Positions 23,063 to 35,166 of a DNA stretch of 64,000 bases are shown here, in pieces. The notes under the pieces were generated by a model. The model ran no database searches and was not told the DNA's origin. It saw only the letters and a program-made list of their open reading frames with translations. Each line of letters starts with the position of its first letter. The stretch's first letter is position 1. The stretch comes from Oikopleura dioica (Eukaryota > Animalia > Chordata), in NCBI GenBank assembly GCA_907165135.1, contig OU015569.1, forward strand, positions 4,340,001-4,404,000, read 5' to 3'. The translations under genes were made by a program, and so were the position numbers.

Positions 23063-24186
23063 GGCCTCCTAAATCGCATCTGCCATCGACTAGCTGACTA
23101 CCTCTGTCTAAGAAGCATTCTCACTTTCGCACGGGACGAGCTAGGCTTCATGCTCTGAAATATCTCAGTTCTCAAGAACACTGTAGCTAACATACGTTAT
23201 AGAAAACAGTACAATGTTCTTCTCAATCTCAAATGTGCATAAGAAATTCCTTTCACATTCATCCTTATTTTCAATTTGATTCTACATGTAATGTAACTTA
23301 TGCTCAAAGCCTTTTACTCCAATTGTTTGAACTTTTCGCACAATACCTTCATTAACTTACTGACACGGAGCAACCTAACCGTCAATTCAAATTTCATAAC
23401 AGGCCAACGTGATTAGTTAATGCTTTTTCAACCAATTCGCAGCATTCCCTCATCCAACGCACCAGGCTATCCTCAAACAGAGGTACTTCTTCTATCCAAC
23501 TACTATTCAAATAAAAGTTATTCCGCCGACGAAGCTAAATTAAACTTCACGTCATCGATTTCCCTTGAAGCTAAATTGCTGCTTTCTGGGAACGATCAGT
23601 TTCTCTTTATTTTGAGTCTTATCTTTTCTCAAGCAAGAAGTCTCATTCGTTCGCCCGTTTCGTGGGCAATTTCAATTCACTTTTCTTTTGCCAAAGTTCA
23701 TGCTTAGCGTCTTTGCATGATCACCTTTTCGAGGAGTATCTCTGTTGAAGAGACGCGGTGTTCAAACAACTGTAACTACCGTCAAGTTCTGATTATCCCG
23801 AAACAATGAAAAAACATTTACTCCCCAATCATCTTTGTTTTCTTTTCTTTTATCCATTTTACTCCCTTAAGTTTTCTGATGACCTAAAATCAAACCATTG
23901 CTGAAAGTGTAAAATCTACTTTGCTCAACCACAAAGTACAAAAAATAATCTCTGCCACTGACAAGCTTTTCCAACTAACGAGTGTTTCTCAAACTAAAAA
24001 AATTAATACTATTGTACTTTCTAATTCCTTTTCTGCATGATAACTCATCATCGTCGTTCCTCTGTTCAATACATACAAAAGTAAAATAGAAAAAAATATC
24101 TTTTATTGTTCAACAAGCCAAGTTTGCAAGAATGAATAATTTTGTGCTGTCAGTGCATGGATATTTTTTCATCTGTACATTAGACC

Positions 24187-24595
24187 TTATAAAGTTTGGA
24201 CGCTGGTCCTTTGTTGATATATTGTGTGATCATCTCTTCGGCTCCAGAAATGTAGACATAGATGGCTAAAAAGGTTTTTGTTGAGGGGTTTTAGTATATC
24301 TTGCGGCAGGAGATAGTGGCCTCGAAGAAAATGTTATGCTACCTAAACAGCCCATTCCGGCTAAGATTAAAACAACCCCAGTCGTTTCATCGGTATCCTT
24401 GCACCACATATTCAAGTTTTGTCCGCGCTCGAGCTCGTCTTTTAGAGGATATCTCTCAGATCAACGCTAATACTCGCTAACTACCAGTATTTTAATTTCT
24501 ATCCCTCCTAAACACGTAAGCACCATCGCCCCAAAAACCAGAAAGCAGAAGGAAATGACAAGGTTGATCGCTGAAATAATCTCTCCAATATGCAT
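24187..24595 (-). CDS. Possible small two-TM protein (~90 aa), 3 exons
   Basis: MHIGEIISAINLVISFCFLVFGAMVLT|YPLKDELERGQNLNMWCKDTDETTGVVLILAGMGCL|AIYVYISGAEEMITQYQQRTSVQTL* with GT-AG introns; no homology recognised. Confidence 0.45.
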
Positions 24596-24952
24596 CCTTA
24601 TTGAGGTTTTTTTCTCACTTTGGTTTCGGAGGATTAGATTTGCTTATTTGTCGAAATTTGATGATTTTTATCATTTTAGTGGTTTCTGGTCGCGCGCGTC
24701 GACCGTCGTTTCTTCCCTTGGGCAGAAATGAGTACTCGCCCACGCCGCACGTTCACTCAACTTTGAAATCTCAACCCTTTTTCATTTTCCCTCGAGTTTT
24801 TCTTAGAAGATCGATTAAGTTTTGAAAATTATTTTTTTCAATTTTACTAACTTATGCCGTTGAATGAAACATATCACAGTTTCATATATCCCTTCTTTTG
24901 AGTTTATCTACTGTTATTGACTGATAGTAGTTGTTTCTTCAGAACAGGGAAA

Positions 24953-25401
24953 ATGAACTCGAAACTCGCTTCGGTAGAAAACCTCTGGCAAGTGAAAGAA
25001 CAAGTCAAAAATGTAGAAATGATCGCGGAAGAAGTTCTAAGCCTCAAAAATCAAGTGCTCGCGCTCAATAAGCAAAAAGATCAAGCTAGATTAGCTTGGC
25101 GCGCCCTGCAGAAGACCAACGATCAAACCGTCTGGCTGAACTTCGGTAAGGCGTCTTTTATAAGGACATTCAAGCTAATTCTGGCAAAGGTGCGCCATTT
25201 ATACAGTATGAGGCGGGTGACGCGGAAGATATGCTAAAGTCTGATATGAAGATCATCGAAACCAGCATAAATGAGACACGCGAGGCGCTGAAAAAAGCTG
25301 CCGATCGTCTAGAAAAGGCACAGGGATCTGACAAAGTAGCTGCATTCAGTCATCTCCAAGCAATATCAGCGTCGGATGTCCGCGATTTTCTCAAAAAGTG
25401 A
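24953..25401 (+). CDS. PDRG1: p53 and DNA damage-regulated protein 1 (prefoldin-like), 2 exons
   Basis: VKNVEMIAEEVLSLKNQVLALNKQKDQARLAWRALQK..VWLNF|GAPFIQ..AEDMLKSDMKIIETSINETREALKKAADRLEKAQG matches the recalled PDRG1 pattern. Confidence 0.85.
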
Positions 25402-25514
25402 CCGTCTTGAGAAGAAATATATTTCTAATGTACATTCTTTTGACTGCCAATTAATAACAGATGAATGAATATTTGGGCAACTCTAAGAAAGATTCTGTTT
25501 TAGTATGCTGTCGA

Positions 25515-26314
25515 ATGTCTACTATTAGTTTATTTCAATTTTCGGCCCTCGTTCTGTGGCCTCTTCTCTTTTCTGTATGCACCTTGATATGGTCGGAGAG
25601 ACAATCAAAATCGATAGAATATCTCATAAGGGTAATAAAGGCACTCTTACGAGCTTGATAAGAATACAGTATTCAGGCGAAATCTTCGCTGCGGGTTCTC
25701 GAGCGAGATCTGACCTTTGAACATGAAACGGCTCATCGCTTGCAGGATTTGAACAAGGAGCTTCGCTCCGAAGCGAGGCACCACTCGCACTCCCTCCGCC
25801 AGATCAAGCAAGGCCAGCGCGCCAAGGTAAACCGGTTCCCCTCCTTCAACTCTTTGCTTATTGGATACTCTAGTTCTTGCGTCTCAAGGGAATTCCAGAG
25901 GAAGGCCAGGGAAATGAAAATACGGCGGAAAAGGATAGTTTGGATATGTTATTAAAAATATTAAATGCTTTCAAGTGCGTTTTTTATTTGTTAAACTTTC
26001 GGCAGTCCAGGCATTTTCAAACTAAATGAAAAGGTTTCCGAGCTTCTGGAATACTTGGGCTTTGAAATCGAAGCTTCGGACATCGAGCGTGCGAACAGAG
26101 TTGGCGGGCGTGACCACGAAGGACCTCGTGCGATCGTCATGGAGCTCACTTCCGAACGACTCAAACATGCAATCTTGGGCGAAGCTGCCGTCAAGCTGCG
26201 CCACACGCCCTATTCCATTCTTGGTAAGCGTATTGAACTGGGATATTTGCGCGACCGAACTCTACGGGAGAACTTGTTTGCCCCAATCAACGACAAATAG
26301 AGCTGCTTAAATAA
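25515..26314 (+). CDS. Intron-containing gene with hydrophobic N-terminus, coiled coil and LINE-1 ORF1p-type RRM (putative domesticated retroelement ORF1)
   Basis: Exons 25515-25631, 25677-25826, 25874-25933, 26034-~26223 (stop at 26300 or 26314): ..QGQRAK|FLRLKGIPEEGQGNENTAEK|VSELLEYLGFEIEASDIERANRVGGRDHEGPRAIVMELTSERLKHAILGEAAVKLRHTPYSI. Confidence 0.75.
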
Positions 26315-26528
26315 GTTTATCAATGATAGTGTTAACGGTTGATAATATCTTTGTATAGGACTTTTATTGACCTCATTTTTTGTCAATATTTTGCATATCA
26401 CTCGCAACTCATTGATGAACTTTTCTTTGTTTACGAAATTAACGATGGTAACATCATAGCTACATAGAATAGACTATTATTAATAGTCTATTAATGATCT
26501 ATTTAGACTCTATTATGAATTTAATAAT

Positions 26529-28056
26529 GTGGTTTTAGTAAAAACCTTTAACGGTAAATATATAGACGACGAAACTTTTGTTGTGATGGAGGAAAGTCAA
26601 GCTATGTATGTTCCGGATATGGGAATCGGTTGCGGTCTTATCAGTCACGTAGAAGATCCTGAGCTTGTGAAGAAGTCAGGTAGAATGTTTGGCTTCTGGG
26701 GAACAGATTCGCAGATCAATTCAGAACGTGTTTATATCATGGAACATTTTTACAAGAACGCGAAAGGCGAGGGGCCTCTCTGTTCAAATATTGAAAGTAT
26801 ACAATCACAACGCCTAAGCATTATGCGGGTTTTTATTTAGTTACCTATAAGCTTCTATTTTTACGAAAAAAACGAGAGTTTACCCCGGCAAAAGTTATCC
26901 AGTTCGAGAATATCCACGAGTTTCGGCAGCCGACGGCAAAACCTAAAGTGTTCACAATGCCTTATAACTGGGGTGGGACGGGGCATTTGGTTATAAATGA
27001 CTGTATCTACTTCAATCGCTTCAACACGTCCAATATTGTCCAGGTAATATTTTGATATCATAGTTTAACAATAGCATCTACCATAATAATGCATGCTCAA
27101 TAGCGAGTATTATTATTTTATACTGTAGTGTCGTATCTAGTGCCCATCAATCTTATCCTGACACTACATCGCTTTGATTGCATCATGGTGCTATGCACCC
27201 CGATGCGCACCGTGAGGTAGCTAACCCATTTTAACTGCTCCCCATCTTTACACTGAAACACATTAGAACAGATTTAACTTCCATAACAACACATTCCTTC
27301 ACACAAAGACAAAGCACGACCAATAAACGAGATATGACATTTTAGTCCATTTTGGGGCCTTGTGTCCATTCATCTATTGGAGGACATTTGATGAGACCCT
27401 AACAATATAAACAATGCAAGTAAGCATACCTTCAGTACTCAACGACAGAGAAAAAGATCGTTAACGAAGTGGAAGTGCGTGACGCCGCCTTTGGAAACAT
27501 GGCGCCGTATCAGTGGGCAGGCAGCACTGATTTCGACTTGAGTTACGACGAGTGCGGCTTATGGCTTATATATGCGACGCTACAAAACTCGCTAGACATA
27601 GGTCTGTCTGATCGCGCTCTACTGTTAAGCTGTAACGCGTTTTCAGTTATTTCGAAGCTGAATATGGACACGCTCGAGATCGAGACAACGCACAGAACTA
27701 ACTGGCGTAAACAGTGGTCTGGCAATGCATTCATGGCCTGTGGCGTGCTCTATGTCTTGAAGAAATACGATGAAAAATATACCTCCCTGAATTACATCTA
27801 CAATACCCACACAGGTATGACCTCAGAAAGAGAGAGATCTACTTTTCACTTTCGCATGCCAAGTTGAAAAATAAGCTCAGAGGTATTGATTTTTTACTTT
27901 TAAGACACGTACAAATACGTTGACATTCCGTTCACGAACAAGTTTGAATGGAACACCATGGTCGATTACAACCCTCGGGACAAGCGAATTTATGCTTGGG
28001 ATAAGGGGCACCAGCTAATTTACAACTTGACCATGGAGTCATCGGACGCACTATAA
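26529..28056 (+). CDS. Olfactomedin-domain protein (noelin/myocilin-like propeller); 5' end uncertain
   Basis: CGLISHVEDPELVKKSGRMFGFW..; MPYNWGGTGHLVINDCIYFNRF; YQWAGSTDFDLSYDECGLWLIYAT; SGNAFMACGVLYV; MVDYNPRDKRIYAWDKGHQLIYNL*. Confidence 0.9.
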
Positions 28057-28873
28057 CTTTACTTCACATTTACTGCCGGTTTCTGTTTTCTGTACTTCGC
28101 ATTTCTGTTTCAAAATCCACTGTTACCTATCCATCAATACCAGCTCGCCTTATGCCAATCAGCCATTTTTTAATTGGCAGAAAAACGATTTTTATATCAC
28201 ACTATATTGTCAATAAATTGGTGATAAACAGGCTCTTGTTCGCATTGATACAGTCTCCCACGGCGTTTTCAATTTGATCGAGGCTTGGTTTCATCCGTAA
28301 TTATAAGTGTCTCTGTTTCTTCTTAAATTATGTAACTGTGATTTCTAGAATGTTATCGGGAAGATATTTATATCAATAGTAGCTATTCTGGAGGAGGGAG
28401 TCTGCAGCGGAGATAGAAATTTTGTCCTGACAGCGGGACAGGTCTCGATGCCCTCGAAGATGAAAAGCCATCGGGGCGTCAGGAGATCATCGGAACGGAT
28501 TTTGAACTAATCTCCAACTTGACCTTTGATAGTTTTAGTGTCAGATTAAAATCCCAAAAAAGCGTTTGGTTTCCAAGCATGTAAACACCCTCGGCACATC
28601 CCGAAATCGGCTCGAAGATACTACTGTACAGTCTGAAGATACTATTAGAGGTAAGTCAAGGCTCTGCCAGCTTTCTATCAACAATGGAGTTGCGCCCAGT
28701 TTGCGCTTCTCAACTATGTCTGCGAATTGTTGTGAAGGTCTAACAATAAGAACCGCGCTGGGAGCTGATAAGAATTCACTCACACGATGACATGATAAAC
28801 CCTCATTTCTAATCGCATTTTTTTTTATATCGACAGCCAAATCCTCGATTCATAAAAAAACAAGAAAAATAAA

Positions 28874-30356
28874 ATGGTGCGCTTTTGTCGAAAGCCGCCG
28901 CTTAGACACATCGACCGACAGAGCCCAGTCGGAGGTCTCGTATTTATCCCTCACTCTAAGATAACTAAAGAGATTTAAAAAATACTTTTTTAGACGTCAG
29001 TCATGGTAATCGACGTCGACGTCGCGATTGTCGCCGGATCCTCAGATGGGGAGATCAACAACAAGAACAAGAGGATAGAGCATTAATTGCAGCACAGAGT
29101 ACTGGCATGCGGTTGCGCTCAGGCCAAATCAAACCCGTATATATTGAACAAGTAAAAAGGTAAGTGCGCTAAAGTCTTCTGGTTATTAATACTGTTGGGT
29201 AGGGAAAAATCGTCACTGAAAAGGAAGATGAAATCTCATGTCACTCAGACAATCCCTTACCGAATCCAACACATACAAGACCAGCATCCTGTCAGCATCG
29301 AAGTCCAGCGTGCCAATTCCTGGAGCAAAGACGACAAATCTATAAATATTTACATAACGGTAAGTTGTTCTTTCTACAAACGATTTTTTAATGTTCGACT
29401 AGGACGACGGGCTGACCCTTCATCGCCGTCCAGTAAGTCAGTCGACAGACTCAATAAGAGGCGCAGTCGGTTATACCTGCGGCGTTCACCTCTGGGAGGT
29501 TACTTGGCTGGCAACTCAGCGAGGAACGCACGCTTGTGTTGGCGTCGCTACAAAATCTGCCCCACTCCGCGCTGCTGGTTATCAAGCCCTGGTTGGCGGA
29601 AACGACGAATCCTGGGGCTGGGATCTAGGACGGTAATATTTTTCCAACTGTTTGTTCCTTCTACAGTTTCATTCAGAAATATACTGCTGCACAATGACCA
29701 GCAGCGCACCCCCGTTGGCCTCATTTCAAGTCCCAACGTCAACAACAACTACCATTCATACCCAAAGATAGACGAATCCGTAAGTTTTTTTTTAATTAGC
29801 ATTGAGACTCAATTATTGAGTAATATATCCGTCTTCAGGAATTGACTTACACCGTACCCGATTCGTTCTACATGGCTCTGGATATGGATGCTGGTAAATT
29901 AGGATTCATTGCTGATGGTCAGTGGCTCGGCTGGGCCTTCGAAGGACTTTCCGGAAGGGAGATCTTCCCGACCGTCTCGTGCGTTTGGGGACACTGCGAA
30001 GTGACTCTCAAGTATATAAATTATTCCCGCGCTCCACTTACTCTCAAGGTAGCTTTTCCTTTCGAAACAGAAATGTTTAAACTATATTATAGGAGCTCGC
30101 TCGACGAAGTGTCCGTCTTTCACTACCATCCACTGAGAATTCAGTCGTCTCCAAACTTGTAGTTCCGCGCAGCCTCCACCGTTACCTGCAAAACGATGGC
30201 CTCAAGCAAAGTAAAAACCGCCCGCCGAAGCAGTGTGCCAAACGGCCACGGCTCGAGGAGGACGCTCCCTCCTCTCCGGTGCTTTATCGCTTGTCACCTT
30301 ACAGCGAAACGGGCTTCAGTCGAATTGACCACAATGCCGGACAGTTCAGCCAATAG
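28874..30356 (+). CDS. SPSB: SPRY domain and SOCS box protein (SPSB1/4, gustavus-like); 5' end uncertain
   Basis: [50 protein letters not shown]; [17 protein letters not shown]; SOCS box PLTLK|[16 protein letters not shown]. Confidence 0.93.
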
Positions 30357-30945
30357 CTACGTGTCAGTTCCCCTAGAAAATCATCTACCGGGTGGCATGA
30401 TTTTTACCTTGTTGAGTTCATTCCTCGCCTTCTGTACTCTATTTGTCGTCTTTATGGCAAGTATTTTGCCCATTTTCTTATTTTTCTTTTTTCTCATTAA
30501 TTTTACTTTCCCGATCTCTTCAGCTTGTGGTCATCCCTTAGAAAATTGTAACTAACTGTGTTTTACCTTCCGAAAGAATTATATTCCTACGACCTTACTA
30601 TAAACCTCCGCTCGATCAACATTCAATGACCAACTTAATTCCATAAGCTAAGATTCCTATTGTATAAATTTCTTTGTATTTGTCTTCCTCGTAGTCCCTA
30701 AATTCAATTTGGGGCGTATTTAATTCTTGGTTTAACTCTCTCGATTTTACATAACTATGAATTCGGAAAAAGAAATCAAAAAATGGGATAAACCAAGGCA
30801 TCGAAGATTTTCGAGACCCTTGGGGAAATAAACATCATCGAGAATTGTAAATTCTTGTCTTATTGGTTGCAGGAGACTCGTTACAATAGTATTTTTATAA
30901 ATAAATATTCAATCGCAGTTCTTTTTTTACGTAGGCTTCTTTAGA

Positions 30946-32554
30946 ATGAGTGACTCTGACTCTGAATACCCAGTTCCATGCAAGGATAGGATGCAAAGGA
31001 TAGGGAGTGCACTTACTTACCTAGAAAAAGCAAAGATCAGTGGGCATCCTGACGAAAGAAAGCAAAGGTTAGCTCGAGAGACGCAAGACTTGTCGAGTTC
31101 GAGAGTTGGTGTCGTGCGCGCGATATAAGCATTTCAAATAAAGTCGAGTTCTCGAGTCAGTGTATCGCAGGCCACGGCCTTTTGGCCAAAGAGGATATCG
31201 AGGATGAAGAAGAGCTTGTTAGTCGAGGTCTTTAATGAGCACGAGTGTTTAAAATCTTCAGTTAGTGTAAAATATGTTGCCGACCTCAGTTCACAGAATT
31301 GGAAAAAACTCAGTCCTATGTAAGTCGGATCTTCTTGCGGACGCGTTCAAACGCTTTCTCGACGTAGAAAAGCATAACTGGGTGTCCCTTACTCTCTCGA
31401 TTATGGCGGAACAATGCGCTGCAAACTCCGACTTCAAGGGTTATTTAAATTGGTTGCCGAAGAAGTCAGAAACTCTTCCTCATTACTGGGGCAAAAGAAA
31501 TGAGAATGCATTGGACTTGCTCGGCCTAAAGGAGCAAATTGACGATGATAACGAACGGCTTGAAAATGACTGGTTATTGGCTAAAAAAGGTTGGTTTTCG
31601 TGGAGTCGCAAAGTTCTACTCTTAGAATTTCAGTTGTGGAAAAGCTTCCAGAACGATTTGGAAACAAGAGCATTGACGTACTAAAAGAAGAATTCAAACA
31701 GTACTCTCTAGTTGTGATGAGCTATTCTTTTGAAGAAGTAAAAGAACAAGAGGAAGATTTGTTTTGCGAGAAAGAAGAGACAGAAGAACACAAATTCCGA
31801 ATGATGATGCCTGTTGGCGATCTGCTCAACCATACAGCAGATAATAATGCGAGAATCGAGATAGAGTTAGTCGAACCTTTTTCTTCAAATTCGTGAGCTT
31901 TTTAGTGACGACACTGGTGACCACACAATAAATGCAACGAAAAAAATTAAATCAGGAGAAGAGATTTTCAACACTTTTGGAAATATGTCGAACAGTAGGC
32001 TGCTTCACATGTATGGCTTTGCCGAAGAGGCAAATGACGCGGATGATGCTTACTTATCGCCAGAATCGATCGAAAGCGGCATTTACGAGTACGAATCAAA
32101 AATTCCAGCAATAAAAGCAAAGATCAAGCTATTACAGAACCACGGGTTTATGGATGAAGGTAAAAGCATGTCTTTACTCTTTCTTCATTATTTTTTATTC
32201 AGTTCGTGTATCAAAAGACGAAGAGTTGGTAGAATCATTTCGAGTGCTTTTGGCGATTATCGTTATGGAAAAGCCAGCATTCAACAAGATGGTAAAAGAG
32301 TCAAAAAGAAGGCTGTGAATGGAGAAGTTACGGAGCTTGAAATCGAGCTAGGATCCAATAAGCTAGAGGATTTGGATGACTTTGAAAAGCAGATATTCAA
32401 AACAATAAATCAGCATCAACGAACGAAGCTTCAGAACTCGGAATTAATGAAACGAGATTCGAACTCACTCTCTGATCTGGAAACATTCATTAAGATTGCG
32501 CTCAAAAGCTCCATTTCTGTACTTGATCACTTGGATAAGATTATTGAGAGTTGA
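30946..32554 (+). CDS. SETD6: N-lysine methyltransferase SETD6
   Basis: IAGHGLLAKEDIEDEEEL; WVSLTLSIMAE..SDFKGYLNWLP; MMPVGDLLNHTADNNARIE; EIFNTFGNMSNSRLLHMYGFAE. Confidence 0.85.
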
Positions 32555-32583
32555 TTCGTGCTAACGATGGGTTTCCTTTCAGA

Positions 32584-33601
32584 ATGTCATTCTTGAGAGT
32601 TGGGCGTGGGTTTCACTCGACATTGAGGCGACGAAATGATATCTTTGAGCGGTACCAAATTGCAGACGGAAGTGTGCTACTGCTGCAGGCGAATAATGAA
32701 TTAGTGAGAGAGGACTTCTATTCAAAGCTGAGACGCATCAAAGCCGTGTGTACTTTCTTGCCATTTTTTATCACATGGATGGAGCGGCCTGACTACGAGT
32801 GGAGCTCCATCTACTACGAGCTACTAGACCAGTACCTAGGACGAGGGCGATTTGTTTTTTTTTAAACCCTGGCTGAGAGGCGCCAATTTGAGATCCCTTC
32901 CAAAGAGCACTCTTACAAATCAGACAACATCGAGCAAGTATGGCAGGCGTTGGCAGACAGTGGCATAAACTTTGCAACTTACGCCGTCGTGTTTGGTATT
33001 GGCTACTCGAGTTTTAAACGAATAATAGCTGTCAATAATCGCAAATTTGTGAGCAATATTCTTTACAATAATGGACGAAAAACGCTTTTATTCCGAAGTA
33101 TCACTGTCGATGGCAAAAGAGGGGAGTGGGTCGAGCTTCCTGTTAAGAATTGCATGTTTCATTGTGGCGAGGTGAGTTGCGCACGGAAAAATAGTTTTAC
33201 CATCTGAACCAGAATAAGAATTTAAAATTACGATTGATTAGTTTAATGCGATCTCGAAAAGATTGCTGCCTCCCGAGAAAATCGCGCTATGTGAAGACAT
33301 TAACGGGACAAAACACGACTCACAGTACGGATACAGTCACGTGTCTTTCAGATCAACAGATAATGAAAGTGAAGGAAATAAATCCCCTTGGAACTCGGTA
33401 AGATTCCCAATTTGTTGCCTTTTTGGGCGAATAGTATTTTAGTTAGACCCTACGAAAAAGTATAAAGACGGTGATCTTATATATTTCGTGCGGAATGGCG
33501 CGCTCGCTAATGAAGAATTGTTTAATGAATGTTTCGCTTCTTTTGAATTTTCTGGACAGCCGAGTATTATTTGTCTGCCCGAAACACAATTCCAAGAATA
33601 G
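32584..33601 (+). CDS. TMEM223-like mitochondrial inner-membrane protein with insertions
   Basis: Arg-rich presequence MSFLRVGRGFHSTLRRR; FATYAVVFGIGYSSF..RKFVSNILYNNGRKTLLFRS..VELPVKN; YFVRNGALANEELFN resembles recalled TMEM223 (RFVRSVTL..FTVPLKQV..YFLLDKTGHFPNTKLFD). Confidence 0.65.
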
Positions 33602-33877
33602 AACATGTGACAAACAACTCTCAAGTGTACACCCTGTTGAACTCGCTCTAGAGAGAAAAAGATAAAAAGAGAGAGAAATTGAAAGAGCAGCGGCTTGACA
33701 CTCTTACCACGGTTAAATATTACTTCTTGCTAAAGATGATCTGCTCTCGATATTGACCCTGTTTATTTGCTAATTATGAAATAGGGATCTGATTTTAGAG
33801 AAAGAGAATAATTAAGCTCTATTTATTTGACGCGCCGGTAGAAGTCACACATTCCGCGTGACTTTCAAAGCGCAAAC

Positions 33878-34389
33878 CTGGGCTCGGCAACCTGAGTACA
33901 GGGTCAGGGTCAGGGTCAGGGTTAAAAATTTTTTCTTGATATTTACTCAGGAACTCAGGTCAGGGTTTCTCACTCAGTCAGGTACTCAGGGTACTCAGTC
34001 AGGCCTGCTCAGACTCAGGAACTCAGGTCAGGGTCAGGTGCCTGACTCAGGCCAAAACTCAGGGTTTTTCCACACATCAAAATTTTAACAATTTTATTTT
34101 TCGCAGATAACATATAACTTTTAATCACAAAATCGCCCATAATACGGAAAATCAAGTGACAGTTGTATTTTGACCCCCTTGACGTTGCAAATTGACCCTT
34201 TTTTGTGTTTTTTTTCGCTTACTCAGGCCCTGTGTGAGCAACTCAGGCCTGTCTTTTAACTCAGGTCAGGGTCAGGCTCAGGGTTTTTCTCGGGCCTCGA
34301 TTTTACTCAGGCACACAGGTCAGGCCCTGTGTACTCAGTACTCAGAGGCCTGACTCAGGGTTTTACTCAGGTCAGATTGCCGAGCCCAG
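33878..34389. mobile_element. 512-bp MITE (CTGGGCTCGGCAA family) with ACTCAGG/TCAGGG subterminal repeats, 8-bp TSD
   Basis: TIRs CTGGGCTCGGCAA..TTGCCGAGCCCAG; flanks GCGCAAAC (33870-33877 and 34390-34397); many (A)CTCAGG and TCAGGG motifs inside both ends. Confidence 0.92.
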
Positions 34390-35166
34390 GCGCAAACTGT
34401 TCAGAGGCCCCAGTAGAAATCTGTAGAGTGGAGATTTACTATTTTTCTTAAAAAAAACGACCTGTTCAGAGGAAAGACTTTGAGCAGCGCTGAGTAAATA
34501 ATTGGGCGAAATTTCGAGGTCATTCTGTCTCGTAGATCTCTTCTTGGACAAGTTCCAATATTGCCACACATCATAGATTTTTGTTTTTATGGGTCTTCAT
34601 AAGGCCAAGTAGAGAAGCGCGCTTATTAATCTTGGTCAACTTCTGGCGCAGATTTTACTTCTTCCTTAGGTAATTAGTTTTCATATTTTTTATAAATTAT
34701 TTCGAGAAACAAATAGCCAAAATTATATACTAATAATATATAAGAAAGTACCGTTGTTTTTATACTTCTAAAAATAATTAAAATGGGGACCGATTTGAAT
34801 TTTGAGAGAAGCTCTCTTTTTGGATAGGCGTGATTATTTTTACTAGCATTTGAATTGGAATACGCGCTGTAAGCACAAACATGAAGAGCTTAGAATGTAA
34901 TTGACGTCGATCCTGAATGCATTAATTACTAATCAATAATTAGTTTATCTTTTCTAGTTGCGTTCGTCATTTTCCCAGTGTTTATTATATATTCTCAGGA
35001 CTGCCTTATCGAATATCGCGGCTCTTTCACAGCAGCTCCTTTTCACTCACGCCCCTTGCCATTCCTTTTTCTCACAAGTCCACGTTCTCATTCTTCCGAA
35101 TCGCATAGAAAGCGCCCCTCATCCTCTTTTCTATCTAGAGATCGAAAGAACGGGAGTTCGTGTCTA

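Noticed and set aside
28380-28800. Coding-like segments upstream of SPSB with a GTAAGT donor
   Set aside because: Could not build a phase-consistent model; may be SPSB 5' exons or UTR.
30540-30880. Minus-strand ORF MPWFIPFF..EIYTIGILAYGIKL between SPSB and SETD6
   Set aside because: No convincing start or splice chain and no recognised homology.
33858-34088. ORF with RVRVRVRV
   Set aside because: Translation of MITE subterminal TCAGGG repeats.
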